The notes below the pieces were generated by a model. That model ran no database searches. It had not been told where the DNA came from and saw only the letters and a program-made list of their open reading frames with translations. Made by a program: the position numbers and the translations under genes. Shown piece after piece: positions 26,691 through 37,825 of a stretch of 64,000 bases of DNA (its first letter is position 1; the number at the start of each line of letters is the position of its first letter). The DNA is from Tepidiforma sp. (GTDB taxonomy: Bacteria > Chloroflexota > Dehalococcoidia > Tepidiformales > Tepidiformaceae), in assembly GCF_034433535.1 (NCBI RefSeq), contig NZ_DAOUAO010000122.1, positions 5,009-69,008 on the forward strand. The letters are read 5' to 3'.

Positions 26691-28310
26691 TTAGGCCGAG
26701 GCCTGGACCCAGGCGGCGCCCAGCGGCGGGAGTTCGAGGGCAGCCCTCACGGTTTGCCCATCGCGACCCCGCTCGGTGCAGATGAGCACCGTCCCGGCAT
26801 CGAACGGCAGCGACACAATGGCAGGCTCCGATGAAGTGTTGATGGCGACCAACACCGGGGATGAACCTTCGGCGCGGCGCACCCAGCCGACCACGCGATC
26901 ATCGCAGCGCAGCTCCTCGAGCCGCCCGCGATGGAGGGACGGCTGCGCCTTGCGGGTCCAGATCGCGTCGCGGTAGAGCGAGAGCAGCGAGCCCGGATCG
27001 CCATCCTGTTCGGCGACATTGGGCGAAAGCGGGCCGAATGGGAGCCAGGGCTCGCCGGTGGTGAAGCCCCGGCCGGGCGAAGCATCCCACTGCATGGGGG
27101 TGCGTTCCGGGTCGCGCCCGATAGAGCGAAAGCGGGCAGGGTCCTGCTGGCGCTCGGGCGAGATGTCGACATCGGCCATGCCGATCTCCTCGCCGTAGTA
27201 GACGAACGGCGTGGCGCGAAGGCCGAGCAGCAGCAGCGCTGCGGCGCGGGCGCGCACGGCGCCGAGCCCGTCATGGTTATGACGTGTGACGAAGCGGGAC
27301 CGGTCGTGGTTGTTGAGGGCGTAGCAGGGCTGGCTGAAGGCCGGCACCGTGGCCTCAGCGGCCGCGATGATGCGGCGGAGCACCGGCGCCTGCCAGGGCG
27401 TGATTTCGTGCCCGCGCTCGTGGATGAAGTGGAAGTTGAAGGCAAGGTGCAGGCCGGGCTCACCGGGTTCCCCGTAGAACCGGGCGATCTCCTCGGGCGT
27501 GCCGAAGACCTCGCCCACCGCGACCCGGCCCTCGTAGGCGTCGAAGACCCGGCGGATGCGCTTCACCGCATCGAAAACGTCGGGGTAGTTGTGGTTGTAC
27601 ACCGAGAGCTGGCGAAACCGCTCGCGGTCGCCGGGGCGCCACTCCGGGTTCTCCGGGTTGTCGGGCAGCTCGGGGTGCTTGAGGATGCGGCCGATCACGT
27701 CGATGCGGAATCCATCGATGCCGCGCTCGAACCAGAAGCGCAAGGTATCGAGCATCGCCCGCTCGACGTCCGGGTTGCGCCAGTTCAGGTCGGGCTGTTC
27801 TTTCAGGAAGGAGTGGAGGTAGTACTGGCCGGTTGCCGGGTCGAAAGTCCAGGCGGGGCCGCCGAAGACCGAGAGCCAGTTGTTGGGCGGGCCGCCATCC
27901 GGCGCCGGGTCGCGCCAGACGTACCAGTCACGGCGGGGGTTGTCGCGGGAGCTGCGCGACTCGAGGAACCACGGGTGCCGGTCGCTGGTGTGGTTGGGAA
28001 CCCAGTCGAGCAGGACACGGATACCGCGCCGATGGGCCTCCGTGACGAGCCGGTCCATGGTGGCCAGCGTGCCGAAATCGGGGTGCACGTCGCAGTAGTC
28101 GGCGACGTCGTAGCCGAAGTCGGCCATCGGCGAGGGGAACGTGGGCGAAAGCCAGATCGCATCGACGCCGAGGGAGCGGGGTGTGCCGTCGTTGAGGTAG
28201 TCCAGGCGGGAGATGATGCCCTCGAGGTCACCAATGCCGTCGCCGTTGGAGTCCTGGAAGCTCCGCGGGTAGACCTGGTAGACGACCGACTCGCGCCACC
28301 ACTCCGTCAT
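26691..28310 (-). CDS. GH13 alpha-glucosidase (oligo-1,6-glucosidase / trehalose-6-P hydrolase-like)
   Basis: MTEWWRESVVYQVYPRSFQDSNGDGIGDLEGI, DWVPNHTS, GIDGFRIDVIG, VGEVF and LNNHDRSR conserved GH13 regions. Confidence 0.9.
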   Translation of the reverse strand: MTEWWRESVVYQVYPRSFQDSNGDGIGDLEGIISRLDYLNDGTPRSLGVDAIWLSPTFPSPMADFGYDVADYCDVHPDFGTLATMDRLVTEAHRRGIRVLLDWVPNHTSDRHPWFLESRSSRDNPRRDWYVWRDPAPDGGPPNNWLSVFGGPAWTFDPATGQYYLHSFLKEQPDLNWRNPDVERAMLDTLRFWFERGIDGFRIDVIGRILKHPELPDNPENPEWRPGDRERFRQLSVYNHNYPDVFDAVKRIRRVFDAYEGRVAVGEVFGTPEEIARFYGEPGEPGLHLAFNFHFIHERGHEITPWQAPVLRRIIAAAEATVPAFSQPCYALNNHDRSRFVTRHNHDGLGAVRARAAALLLLGLRATPFVYYGEEIGMADVDISPERQQDPARFRSIGRDPERTPMQWDASPGRGFTTGEPWLPFGPLSPNVAEQDGDPGSLLSLYRDAIWTRKAQPSLHRGRLEELRCDDRVVGWVRRAEGSSPVLVAINTSSEPAIVSLPFDAGTVLICTERGRDGQTVRAALELPPLGAAWVQASA

Positions 28311-28315
28311 GGCGG

Positions 28316-28669
28316 TCAGGCCGAGGTCACCGCGGCGCGGACCTCGGCGAGGAGGTCGGGATGCTCATCGAGAAACCCGTTCGAGACAGTGACGAACGAC
28401 TCGAACGGTGCAGCCCCGGCGACCACGCGGCGGAGCCACGCTTCGCCGACCAGCCGGGTGAGGTGGTCCCGCGTCTCGGGCGAATCCTCGAGGCCGAGTT
28501 CGCCGATCAGCCGCCGGGCTGCGGGGGCATTGAGCAGCACGGCCACCTCGCGGGCCTTCCAGCCGGGAACCGTCACAAGGAAATTGCCCTGCGAATAGCC
28601 GAGGAACTCGGTATCGGGGCTTGGACCCTCGTAGCTGATGTGGCCTTCCGTCGCGGTGGCAGTGGCCAT
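28316..28669 (-). CDS. hypothetical 117-aa protein
   Basis: Tightly packed between argG (14 nt) and the GH13 gene (5 nt) with coding-like composition. No Cys and no recognisable motif. Confidence 0.5.
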   Translation of the reverse strand: MATATATEGHISYEGPSPDTEFLGYSQGNFLVTVPGWKAREVAVLLNAPAARRLIGELGLEDSPETRDHLTRLVGEAWLRRVVAGAAPFESFVTVSNGFLDEHPDLLAEVRAAVTSA

Positions 28670-28683
28670 GGCGGTACTCCGTT

Positions 28684-29919
28684 TCAGTCCTGGTTCGGGG
28701 TTGCAATGCGGAGGGCGGCGGGCAGGTCGGCGAGGAGCTGGGTGCGGACCTGGGTTCGGGTCTGCAGGCCCCAGATGTTGATGAAGCCGACCGCCGCCGA
28801 CTGGTCGTACGTGTCGCCGCGATCATAGGTGGCCAGTCCGCGGTCGTACAGGGAGCGTGGCGCCTTCCGACCGACCACGGTGGCCTTGCCCCGGTGGAGC
28901 TTCACCCGGACGGTGCCGGTCACGTGGCGCTGGGTGCTGGCGACGTAGGCGGCCAGGTCCTGGTGGTGCGCGCTGAACCAGAGGCCGTTGTAGATGATTT
29001 CGGCGTATTCGGTGGCGATCTGTTTCTTGAGGCGGAGCTGCTGCTTCGAAAGCGTGAGCGACTCGAGGGCGGCGTGGGCCGCGTGCAGGATGACCGCCGC
29101 CGGCGCCTCGTAGATTTCGCGGCTCTTGATCCCGACCAGCCGGTCCTCGACATGGTCGATGCGGCCCACGCCGTGCAGGCCGCCGAGTTCGTTCAGCCGT
29201 TCAACGAGCTGGACCGGCCCCGGCTCCTCCCCGTCGAGCCGAACGGGGATACCGTGCTCGAACTCGATTTCGACGTACTGCGGCGTCGAAGGGGCTTCCT
29301 CCGGGTCGCGGGTCCATTCATAGGCCTCGCGCGGCGGTTCGAGCCACGGGTCTTCCAGGACGCCGGCCTCGGCGCTGCGGCCCCAGAGGTTCTCGTCGAT
29401 GGAGAAGGGACCTTTTTCACCCCAGGGGATATCGACCCCGTGCTTCTGGAGGTACTCGATCTGGTAGTCACGGGGCATCGCGTTTTCGCGCGTCGGCGCG
29501 ACGATTTTCAGGGTGGGGTCGAGCGTTTGGATGCCGACATCGAAGCGGACCTGGTCGTTGCCTTTGCCGGTGCAGCCGTGGGCGACCGCGGTGGCACCTT
29601 CCTCGTGGGCAACATCCACGAGGAGCTTGGCCATCAACGGACGGGCGAGGGCCGTGGCAAGGGGGTACTGGTCCTGGTAGACCGCGCCGGCGGCCAGGGC
29701 CGGGAAGGCGAAGTAGCGCAGGAAGTCCTCGCGGGCATCGATGACGCGAACCTTGACGGCGCCGGCCGCGAGCCCGCGCGATTCGACCACAGGCTGCTCG
29801 CGGCTGCGCCCGACATCGATGTTCAGGGCAATGACTTCGTAGCCCTGTTCGACGGTGAGCCACTTGATGGCGGTGGTGGTATCGAGACCACCGGAGTAGG
29901 CGAGGACGAGTTTCGGCAC
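28684..29919 (-). CDS. argG: argininosuccinate synthase
   Basis: LAYSGGLDTT N-type ATP pyrophosphatase motif and GCTGKGNDQVRF. Confidence 0.95.
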   Translation of the reverse strand: MPKLVLAYSGGLDTTTAIKWLTVEQGYEVIALNIDVGRSREQPVVESRGLAAGAVKVRVIDAREDFLRYFAFPALAAGAVYQDQYPLATALARPLMAKLLVDVAHEEGATAVAHGCTGKGNDQVRFDVGIQTLDPTLKIVAPTRENAMPRDYQIEYLQKHGVDIPWGEKGPFSIDENLWGRSAEAGVLEDPWLEPPREAYEWTRDPEEAPSTPQYVEIEFEHGIPVRLDGEEPGPVQLVERLNELGGLHGVGRIDHVEDRLVGIKSREIYEAPAAVILHAAHAALESLTLSKQQLRLKKQIATEYAEIIYNGLWFSAHHQDLAAYVASTQRHVTGTVRVKLHRGKATVVGRKAPRSLYDRGLATYDRGDTYDQSAAVGFINIWGLQTRTQVRTQLLADLPAALRIATPNQD

Positions 29920-29985
29920 GGCTGCTCCCGGGGCGATGCTTCTGCGCTCAGTATCCCCTGACGGGCCGGCTGGGGAAATCGGCTG

Positions 29986-30342
29986 CTACTCGCCCAGCGA
30001 GGCGCGCGCCGACCGGACGCCCAGCTGCCAGGCAGCCAGTGCGGCAGTAACCATCACGATGGCCATCGCGAGTGCCGCACCAGCGGAGAAGGTACCCGGC
30101 AGGCGGCCGGCGATAGCGAACGGCAGGAGCGCGAGGGAGCCGGCGGCGACCGCAACGCCGCCAAAGATGAGGTAGGGGGCACCGAAGCGGTGCACCGCGC
30201 GCCACCGTTCGTCGCTGGAAAGGGTGTACGGGGTGCGAATGCCGGCGATGTGCTGCCGGGGCAGCCGCTCCTGCCAGCCGCGCCAGCCGACCCACGTCGC
30301 CAGGACGCTGCCCAGCAGGGTGAGGAGGAACACCACCCACAT
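29986..30342 (-). CDS. SdpI/YhfL-family small membrane protein
   Basis: Three to four TM helices and the family hallmark AGIRTPYTLSSDERW. Confidence 0.6.
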   Translation of the reverse strand: MWVVFLLTLLGSVLATWVGWRGWQERLPRQHIAGIRTPYTLSSDERWRAVHRFGAPYLIFGGVAVAAGSLALLPFAIAGRLPGTFSAGAALAMAIVMVTAALAAWQLGVRSARASLGE

Positions 30343-30368
30343 CGCAACGCTCCTTTCGCGCCCCGCCG

Positions 30369-31571
<1,203 letters not shown>

Positions 31572-31638
31572 GCGGGTTCCTCCTGAAGCGCCATCGTACG
31601 GCGGAAGTGCGACGGAGAGAACCGCACCGTTCGGCGGC

Positions 31639-33744
31639 TCAGGAGAAGGGGGCACGCTGGAGGAGCACGGCCTGCGAGCCGGGGGCGTCGATGGCCGGGT
31701 CGCGGTGCCAGGTCGAATCGACCAGGCGCCAGCCCTGGCGGCGGTCGTTGAGCTGGAGCTCGAGCAGGTCGAGCAGCCGCTCGCGGAGTTCCGGGGCGCG
31801 CACGGGCGCGAGCACTTCGATGCGTTCATCGAGGTTGCGCTTCATGAGGTCGGCGCTGCCGATGAAGAACTCCGGATTGCCGTCGTTATGGAAATAGTAG
31901 ACCCGGGCGTGTTCGAGGAAGCGGCCGATGACGCTCACCACCCGGACGTTTTCGGAAAGTCCGGGCAACCCGGGGCGGAGGCGACAGATGCCGCGGATGA
32001 TGAGGTCGACGGCGACGCCGGCCTGTGCTGCTTCGTAGAGGAGACGGGTGCTCTCCAAGTCTTCCAGGGCGTTCATCTTGAAGATGAGCCGGGCGGACCG
32101 CCCGGCGCTCGCGTGCTCGATCTCGCGGCGGATGCGTTCGGTGATGCCGGCGCGGAGCGTCACCGGGGCCGAGAGCACCTCGCGCGTTTCGACCCGCTCA
32201 CCGAAGCCGGTGAGCAGGTTGAAAATTTGGAGGATTTCGCCGCAGATGCCGGGGTCTGCCGTGAAGAGGCCCAGGTCGGTGTAGACGCGGGCGGTGCGCG
32301 AGTTGTAGTTCCCGGTGCCGATGTGAGCGTACATCGTGACCCCGTTGGCCTCTTCCCGGACGACCAGGCAGATTTTCGAGTGAATTTTCAAGTCGGGCTG
32401 CCCGTACGCGACGTGCACACCCGCCGATTCGAGCTTGCGCGCCCAGAGGATGTTGTTCGCTTCGTCGAAGCGGGCCGTAAGCTCCACGAGCACCGCCACC
32501 TGCTTTCCGCGACCGGCCGCGCCGATCAGAGCCTCGAGGATCGGGGAATCCGGCGAAGTGCGATACATCGTTGCCTTAATGGCGAGCACCGCCGGGTCCT
32601 CGGACGCTTCTTCGACGAAGCGCGCGACGGTTTCGTCGAAGGACTCGTAGGGGTGGTGCACGAGCAAGTCACGTTCGCGGATGGCGGCGAACAGGGTGGG
32701 CGCATCGCCGGAGGCGGCGAACGCGGACGGAACAGCGGGCGTGAACGGCGGGTCGCGCAGCTCCGGCAGTTCGAGGCTGGCGAGCTGCATCAAATCCTGG
32801 AGGCCAAGCGGCCCGGCCGACTGGTAGACATCGGATTCGGCCACCTGCAGCTCTTCGAGCAGCAGCTCCATCCGCGCGGGCGGCAGCGAACCGGTGATTT
32901 CGACCGAGACGGCCTCGGCCAGTCTCCGCCGGCGGAGGGCGCTCTCGATGAGCTCGAGCAGGTCATCGGCTTCTTCGCCGGGCGTGCCGGTTTCGGCGCT
33001 GCGAAGCACGCGGAGCTCGTGCCACTCGGTGACCTCCATGCCGGGGAAGAGGAGGTCGCAGTGCGCGGCGATCAGGTCTTCGAGCAGCACGAAGCGCAGG
33101 TCGCCGGCATCGACGAACCGCGGCCGGTTCGGCGGGACCTTAACACGCGCAAAGCGGTCCTGGCCGGTGTGGGGGTGCCGCACGTTGAGGGCGAGTGACA
33201 GCGAACCGCTCGAGATGAACGGGAAGGGGTGGGCCGGGTCGACCACCAGCGGAGTCAGCACCGGGAAGATCGAGCGCTCGAAATACTCGCGCAGGCGTTC
33301 GCGGGACGCGGGGTCGAGGTCGGCAAAACGGACGATGCGGATACCCCGTTCGGCGAGGAGCGGCAGGAGAACCGCCGACCAGGCGCGCTCGGTATCGCGC
33401 CGCATCCGGTGGCAGCGTTCGACGACCAGGCCGTACTGCTCGGCGATCGTGCGGCCATCCACGGTCTGCGCGCGTGCATCAGTGGCCAGCATGCGCTTGA
33501 GCCAGCCGACCCGCTTGGCGAAGAACTCGTCGAGGTTCGAAGCGGTGATAGCGACGAACTTGACGCGCTCGAGGAGCGGGTTGCGCGGGTCTTCGGCTTC
33601 GGCGAGGACGCGCTGGTTGAATTCGAGCCAGCTCAGCTCGCGGTTGAGATACAGCGCGGGGTCCTCAAGATCCCAGCCCCCGGGGATCGGCGCCGGGGCG
33701 GCTGCCTCCAGGGTTTCTGGGTCAAACCTGTCACGTGTTGTCAC
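31639..33744 (-). CDS. ppk: polyphosphate kinase 1
   Basis: YLNRELSWLEFNQRVLAEAEDPRNPLLERVKFVAITASNLDEFF N-terminus and two PLD-like C-terminal domains; ~700 aa. Confidence 0.93.
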   Translation of the reverse strand: MTTRDRFDPETLEAAAPAPIPGGWDLEDPALYLNRELSWLEFNQRVLAEAEDPRNPLLERVKFVAITASNLDEFFAKRVGWLKRMLATDARAQTVDGRTIAEQYGLVVERCHRMRRDTERAWSAVLLPLLAERGIRIVRFADLDPASRERLREYFERSIFPVLTPLVVDPAHPFPFISSGSLSLALNVRHPHTGQDRFARVKVPPNRPRFVDAGDLRFVLLEDLIAAHCDLLFPGMEVTEWHELRVLRSAETGTPGEEADDLLELIESALRRRRLAEAVSVEITGSLPPARMELLLEELQVAESDVYQSAGPLGLQDLMQLASLELPELRDPPFTPAVPSAFAASGDAPTLFAAIRERDLLVHHPYESFDETVARFVEEASEDPAVLAIKATMYRTSPDSPILEALIGAAGRGKQVAVLVELTARFDEANNILWARKLESAGVHVAYGQPDLKIHSKICLVVREEANGVTMYAHIGTGNYNSRTARVYTDLGLFTADPGICGEILQIFNLLTGFGERVETREVLSAPVTLRAGITERIRREIEHASAGRSARLIFKMNALEDLESTRLLYEAAQAGVAVDLIIRGICRLRPGLPGLSENVRVVSVIGRFLEHARVYYFHNDGNPEFFIGSADLMKRNLDERIEVLAPVRAPELRERLLDLLELQLNDRRQGWRLVDSTWHRDPAIDAPGSQAVLLQRAPFS

Positions 33745-33805
33745 CGGCGCACCTGCAGCCCATCCTCCGCAGAGGATAGCGTGTCGCGGTTAACATGTGG
33801 TGGGG

Positions 33806-34570
33806 TCAGGGCCGAAAAACGGTGCCGCTGCCATCGAGCTGGCGCAGCGCGCCCGGTACCCGGCCGTCGACGATCTGGACTTCGATGCCCAGCGCGAGAG
33901 CGTGCAGGCAGGCTTCGACCTTGGGGATCATGCCGCCGGATATGGTGCCGTCGGAGATGAGCTGGCGGGCTCGGGCGGCAGTGAGGTCCGGGATGCGTTC
34001 GCCGTCGGGCCCGCGCACGCCATCGACGTCGGTGAGGAACACGAGCCGGCGCGCGCCGACGGCCGCGGCGATATTTCCCGCGACCGTATCGGCGTTGACG
34101 TTGACGAGCTGGTCGGCGCCGGGTGCAGGCACGCAGCCGATGGGACCGATGACGGGCACCACGCCGGCGACCCGGAGGGCCTCTATCGGCGCGGGGTTGA
34201 CGGCAACCGGTTCGCCGACGAAGCCAAGGTCGGGATGGGCGATGCGGCATTCGAGCACCCGGCCATCGGCGCCGCAAAAGCCGAGGGCGCGCGCCCCGGC
34301 CGCGTTGATGGCGGCAACGATTCGCTTGTTCACGAGGCCGGCAAACACGGCAACGACGACCGGCAGGACCGCGGCATCGGTCACGCGGAGACCCCGCTCG
34401 AAGCGCGAGGGGATGTGCATCGCCTCCAGCCAGCGGCTCGCTTCAGCGCCGCCCCCGTGCACCACGACCGGGATATCGCCGGCGTTCGCGAACGCGGCCA
34501 CGTCCGCGAAGGTGGTGTCGGCCGACCCGAGGGTGCTGCCCCCGATTTTGATGACCATCGGCCCGTTCAT
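33806..34570 (-). CDS. argB: acetylglutamate kinase
   Basis: MVIKIGGSTLG, VVVHGGG, and TDVDGV motifs of the amino-acid kinase fold. Start trimmed to ATG 34570 (ATGA overlap with argJ). Confidence 0.9.
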   Translation of the reverse strand: MNGPMVIKIGGSTLGSADTTFADVAAFANAGDIPVVVHGGGAEASRWLEAMHIPSRFERGLRVTDAAVLPVVVAVFAGLVNKRIVAAINAAGARALGFCGADGRVLECRIAHPDLGFVGEPVAVNPAPIEALRVAGVVPVIGPIGCVPAPGADQLVNVNADTVAGNIAAAVGARRLVFLTDVDGVRGPDGERIPDLTAARARQLISDGTISGGMIPKVEACLHALALGIEVQIVDGRVPGALRQLDGSGTVFRP

Positions 34571-35760
34571 GTGTGGTAGTCCGCGTTGATGGAGACGTAT
34601 TCGGCGGAAAGGTCGCAACCCCAGCCGGTGGCTGCCGCAGTTCCAACGCCGAGGTGGACGGCGACACTGACTTCGGCCCGGTGCAGCCGGCGGGAGAGCT
34701 CGATGGGGTCGAATTCCGTCGGGCGTCCGGCTTCGAACACGCGCGTACCGCAAAGGTCGATAGTCACCGCTGACTCATCGAGCTCGACACCGGAACGACC
34801 CACAACCGCTGCGACCCGGCCCCAGTTGGGGTCGGCGCCGTGGATCGCCGACTTGAGAAGGTACGAGGTCGAAAGCTGGCGGACCAGCGCGCGCGCATCG
34901 TCGGCGGTCGCGGCACCGCTGACAGTGAACTCGATGAGTTTTGTGGCGCCTTCGCCGTCGCGGGCAATTTCGCGGGCAAGATGCACACAGAGTGCCCGCA
35001 GGGCGGCGACAAAGTCGCCCGCGAGGGGGTGGTGCGCATCGACGCGGTCGCCACCGGCGGCACCGTTGGCGAAGAGGAGGACGGTGTCGCTCGGGCTGGT
35101 ATCGCCGTCCACGGAGACGAGGTTGAAGGACTCATCTACCACGGCCGAGAGCGCCCGCTGGAGCAGCGCCTGCTCGACCGGCGCATCGGTCGCCAGGAAG
35201 GCAAGCATGGTCGCCATGTTGGGATGGATCATCCCGGAGCCCTTGCAGCAGCCGCCGAGGTGGTATGGCCCGAAGCGGACAGCGCCCATCTTCGGCCGGG
35301 TGTCGGTGGTCATGATCGCGCGCGCGAAGGCGGGGCCGCCATCGGCGGAAAGCTCGATGGCGGGCATGGCGGATGCGAGCCGGTCCATCGGGAGGTAGTG
35401 GCCGATCACCCCCGTGCTGCAGACCAGCATTTCCTCGGGCGCGATGCCGGCATGGACCGCGGCAAGCCGTGCAAGCTCGTAGCCATCCCGCTTGCCGCGT
35501 TCGCCGGTGCTGGCGTTGGCGACCCCGGCGTTGACGACGACACCCCGGGCCGGCCGATGCGCCAACTTTTCCCGGTTGATATCGATGGAGGGCGCATGGA
35601 GCCGGCTGCGCGTGTAGACCGCCGCCGCGGAGCACGGGGCGTCGGAAACCAGGACCGCGAGGTCGAGCTTGCCTTCCCCGTAGGTCTTCACGCCGGCGTA
35701 GGTAGCGCCGGCGCGGAAGCCCCGGGGCGTGGTAACGTGGCCTTCGGGGTCGATGCGCAT
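34567..35760 (-). CDS. argJ: bifunctional ornithine acetyltransferase / N-acetylglutamate synthase
   Basis: Autoprocessing site context PNMATMLAFLATDA and full-length ArgJ layout. Confidence 0.92.
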   Translation of the reverse strand: MRIDPEGHVTTPRGFRAGATYAGVKTYGEGKLDLAVLVSDAPCSAAAVYTRSRLHAPSIDINREKLAHRPARGVVVNAGVANASTGERGKRDGYELARLAAVHAGIAPEEMLVCSTGVIGHYLPMDRLASAMPAIELSADGGPAFARAIMTTDTRPKMGAVRFGPYHLGGCCKGSGMIHPNMATMLAFLATDAPVEQALLQRALSAVVDESFNLVSVDGDTSPSDTVLLFANGAAGGDRVDAHHPLAGDFVAALRALCVHLAREIARDGEGATKLIEFTVSGAATADDARALVRQLSTSYLLKSAIHGADPNWGRVAAVVGRSGVELDESAVTIDLCGTRVFEAGRPTEFDPIELSRRLHRAEVSVAVHLGVGTAAATGWGCDLSAEYVSINADYHT

Positions 35761-36791
35761 CAGGGGTACACCGCCGGGAGGTTGAGACCGGCAGCCTGAT
35801 CGAGGCCGAGCATGAGGTTCATGTTCTCTATCGCCTGGCCGGCCGCCCCCTTGCCGAGGTTATCGAGCACGCCGGCGACGACAAGGAGCCCGTTCCGGGC
35901 GTCGACCACGGGGTGCACGATGCAGATGTTCGTCCCGAGGGTGTGTTTGGTGTGGGGCGGCGTGTCGGAGACCCGTGTGAACGGTGCGCCCGCGTAGAAG
36001 TCGCGGTAGAGTGCCCGCACCTCATCCTGGGAAACCTCGCGGGTGAGCGGGGCGTAGCAGGTGGCATGGATGCCGCGCGTCATCGGCACGAGGTGGGGCA
36101 CGAAGCTCACCCGCAGGGGCACCCCGCCGCGGAGGTTGCCCAGCTCCTGGGCGATCTCCGGCTGGTGGTTGTGGTTCGCGATCTTGTAGGCGGAGACGTC
36201 CTCGTTGACTTCGCTGTAGCCGAACCCGGCGCCGCCGCCGCGGCCGGCGCCGGAGATGCCGGACTTGGCATCGACGACGATGGGCTCCCCGATGATGCCA
36301 GCACGGACGGCCGGGGCGAGGGCCAGGATGGCCGTCGCCGGGTAGCAGCCGGGATTCGCGACGAGCCGCGCGCTGGCGATGGCGTCGCGGTTCAGCTCGG
36401 GCAGGCCGTACACCGCCTCGGCGAGGAGGTCGGGCGCGGGGTGCGGCTGGCCGCCGCCAATCCACTGCTCGAACGCGCCGGGCGCCTTGAGGCGAAAATC
36501 GGCGGCGATATCGATGACGCGCACGCCCGCCCGCACGAACGGGGCGCAGGCCTTCGCGCTTTCGGCCGTCGGGAGCGACGAGAAGACGACATCGACGTCC
36601 TGGTCGATGGTCTCGGTAATGGGGAAGTCGCCGTAGATCCCCAGCGACGGGAAGGCGTCGCCGAGACGCTGACCGGCCAGGGAGCGACCGGTCGCTGCGA
36701 CGAGCTTCGCGTGGGGATGGTTCCAGAGGAGGCGAGCTGCCTCGAGCCCGGCATAGCCGGTCACGTTGATGATGCCAACCCGGTACGTCAC
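35760..36791 (-). CDS. argC: N-acetyl-gamma-glutamyl-phosphate reductase
   Basis: VGIINVTGYAGLE Rossmann start and catalytic Cys context ANPGCYPATA. GTG 36791 chosen as the start (no SD, 10 nt after the upstream stop); the Arg/Ser-rich 5' extension in the track was rejected. Confidence 0.88.
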   Translation of the reverse strand: MTYRVGIINVTGYAGLEAARLLWNHPHAKLVAATGRSLAGQRLGDAFPSLGIYGDFPITETIDQDVDVVFSSLPTAESAKACAPFVRAGVRVIDIAADFRLKAPGAFEQWIGGGQPHPAPDLLAEAVYGLPELNRDAIASARLVANPGCYPATAILALAPAVRAGIIGEPIVVDAKSGISGAGRGGGAGFGYSEVNEDVSAYKIANHNHQPEIAQELGNLRGGVPLRVSFVPHLVPMTRGIHATCYAPLTREVSQDEVRALYRDFYAGAPFTRVSDTPPHTKHTLGTNICIVHPVVDARNGLLVVAGVLDNLGKGAAGQAIENMNLMLGLDQAAGLNLPAVYP

Positions 36792-36801
36792 GGGGGAATT
36801 G

Positions 36802-37821
36802 TTACGCGCGCGGGCCAACCGAACCAGTGAGGTCGAGGACGGCGGCGCCGTTGACCCGTCCTTCGGCAAGGGCCAGCAGGGCCTCGTTCGCGGCTTCGAG
36901 CGGGTAGAGGTCGTACTCGGTGCGAATCGGGATGTCGGCGGCGAGCTGCAGGAACTCGCGGGCGTCCTGGCGGGTGAAGTTGGCCACACTTCGGAGCGAA
37001 CGCTCCCACCAGAGGTCTTCGTAGGGGAAGGCCGGGATGCCGTCGAGGTGGATAGCGTTGATGGCGACCGTGCCGCCGCGGTCGACCGCCCGCAGCGCGT
37101 GGAGCACCACGTCGCCCGCCGGGGCGAAGGTGACCGCTGCATCGAGGGGGACCGGCGGGGCCGTGTCGTAGCCGCCAGCCCAGGCCGCGCCCAGCCGCAG
37201 GGCCCGCTCCTGCTCATGGGTGGAGCGGGTCACCACGTAGACCTCGCAGCCCCAGGCGGCGGCGACCTGGATGGCGAGGGAGGCGGATGCGCCGAACCCG
37301 TAGAGGCCGAGCCGGCCGCCCGGCTGGATGCCGCTGATGCGCAGCGAGCGGTAGCCGATCACCCCGCCGCAGAGGAGCGGGGCAGCATCCAGGTCGGAGA
37401 AGCCGGCGGGGAGCGGGAAGGCGAAGTCGGCGCGGGCAACGAGGTAGTCGGCGTACCCGCCATCGCGGTCCCACCCGGTGAATTCAGCGGATTCGCAGAG
37501 GTTTTCGCGCCCGGCCTTGCAGCGCCGACAGACACCGCAGGCGCCTGCCAGCCAGGCCACTCCCGCGCGGTCGCCGGGGCGCCAGCCGGCCACGCCGTCC
37601 CCGACCTGCTCGACGACACCGACGGCCTGGTGGCCCGGCGTGATCGGCAGACGGCGTGCGGGGAGGTCGCCCTCGGCGAGCTGGAGGTCGGTGCGGCAGA
37701 CACCGCAGGCGGTGAGCCTTAGCAGGAGTTCGCCCGGCCCGGGCGACGGAACGGGGAGGTCCTGCAGTGCCAGCGGGCGTTGCGGGGCCGGGGCGGGCTG
37801 GAGGACGCGCATCGCACGCAT
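36802..37821 (-). CDS. zinc-dependent alcohol dehydrogenase family oxidoreductase
   Basis: CGVCRTD catalytic zinc, GHQAVGVVEQVG, and the structural zinc cluster CGVCRRCKAGRENLC. Start trimmed to ATG 37821. Confidence 0.85.
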   Translation of the reverse strand: MRAMRVLQPAPAPQRPLALQDLPVPSPGPGELLLRLTACGVCRTDLQLAEGDLPARRLPITPGHQAVGVVEQVGDGVAGWRPGDRAGVAWLAGACGVCRRCKAGRENLCESAEFTGWDRDGGYADYLVARADFAFPLPAGFSDLDAAPLLCGGVIGYRSLRISGIQPGGRLGLYGFGASASLAIQVAAAWGCEVYVVTRSTHEQERALRLGAAWAGGYDTAPPVPLDAAVTFAPAGDVVLHALRAVDRGGTVAINAIHLDGIPAFPYEDLWWERSLRSVANFTRQDAREFLQLAADIPIRTEYDLYPLEAANEALLALAEGRVNGAAVLDLTGSVGPRA

Positions 37822-37825
37822 GGCG

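Noticed and set aside
26931-28598. 555-aa plus-strand ORF.
   Set aside because: Antisense to the GH13 alpha-glucosidase and the 117-aa gene; low-complexity Arg/Gly/Ala-rich translation.
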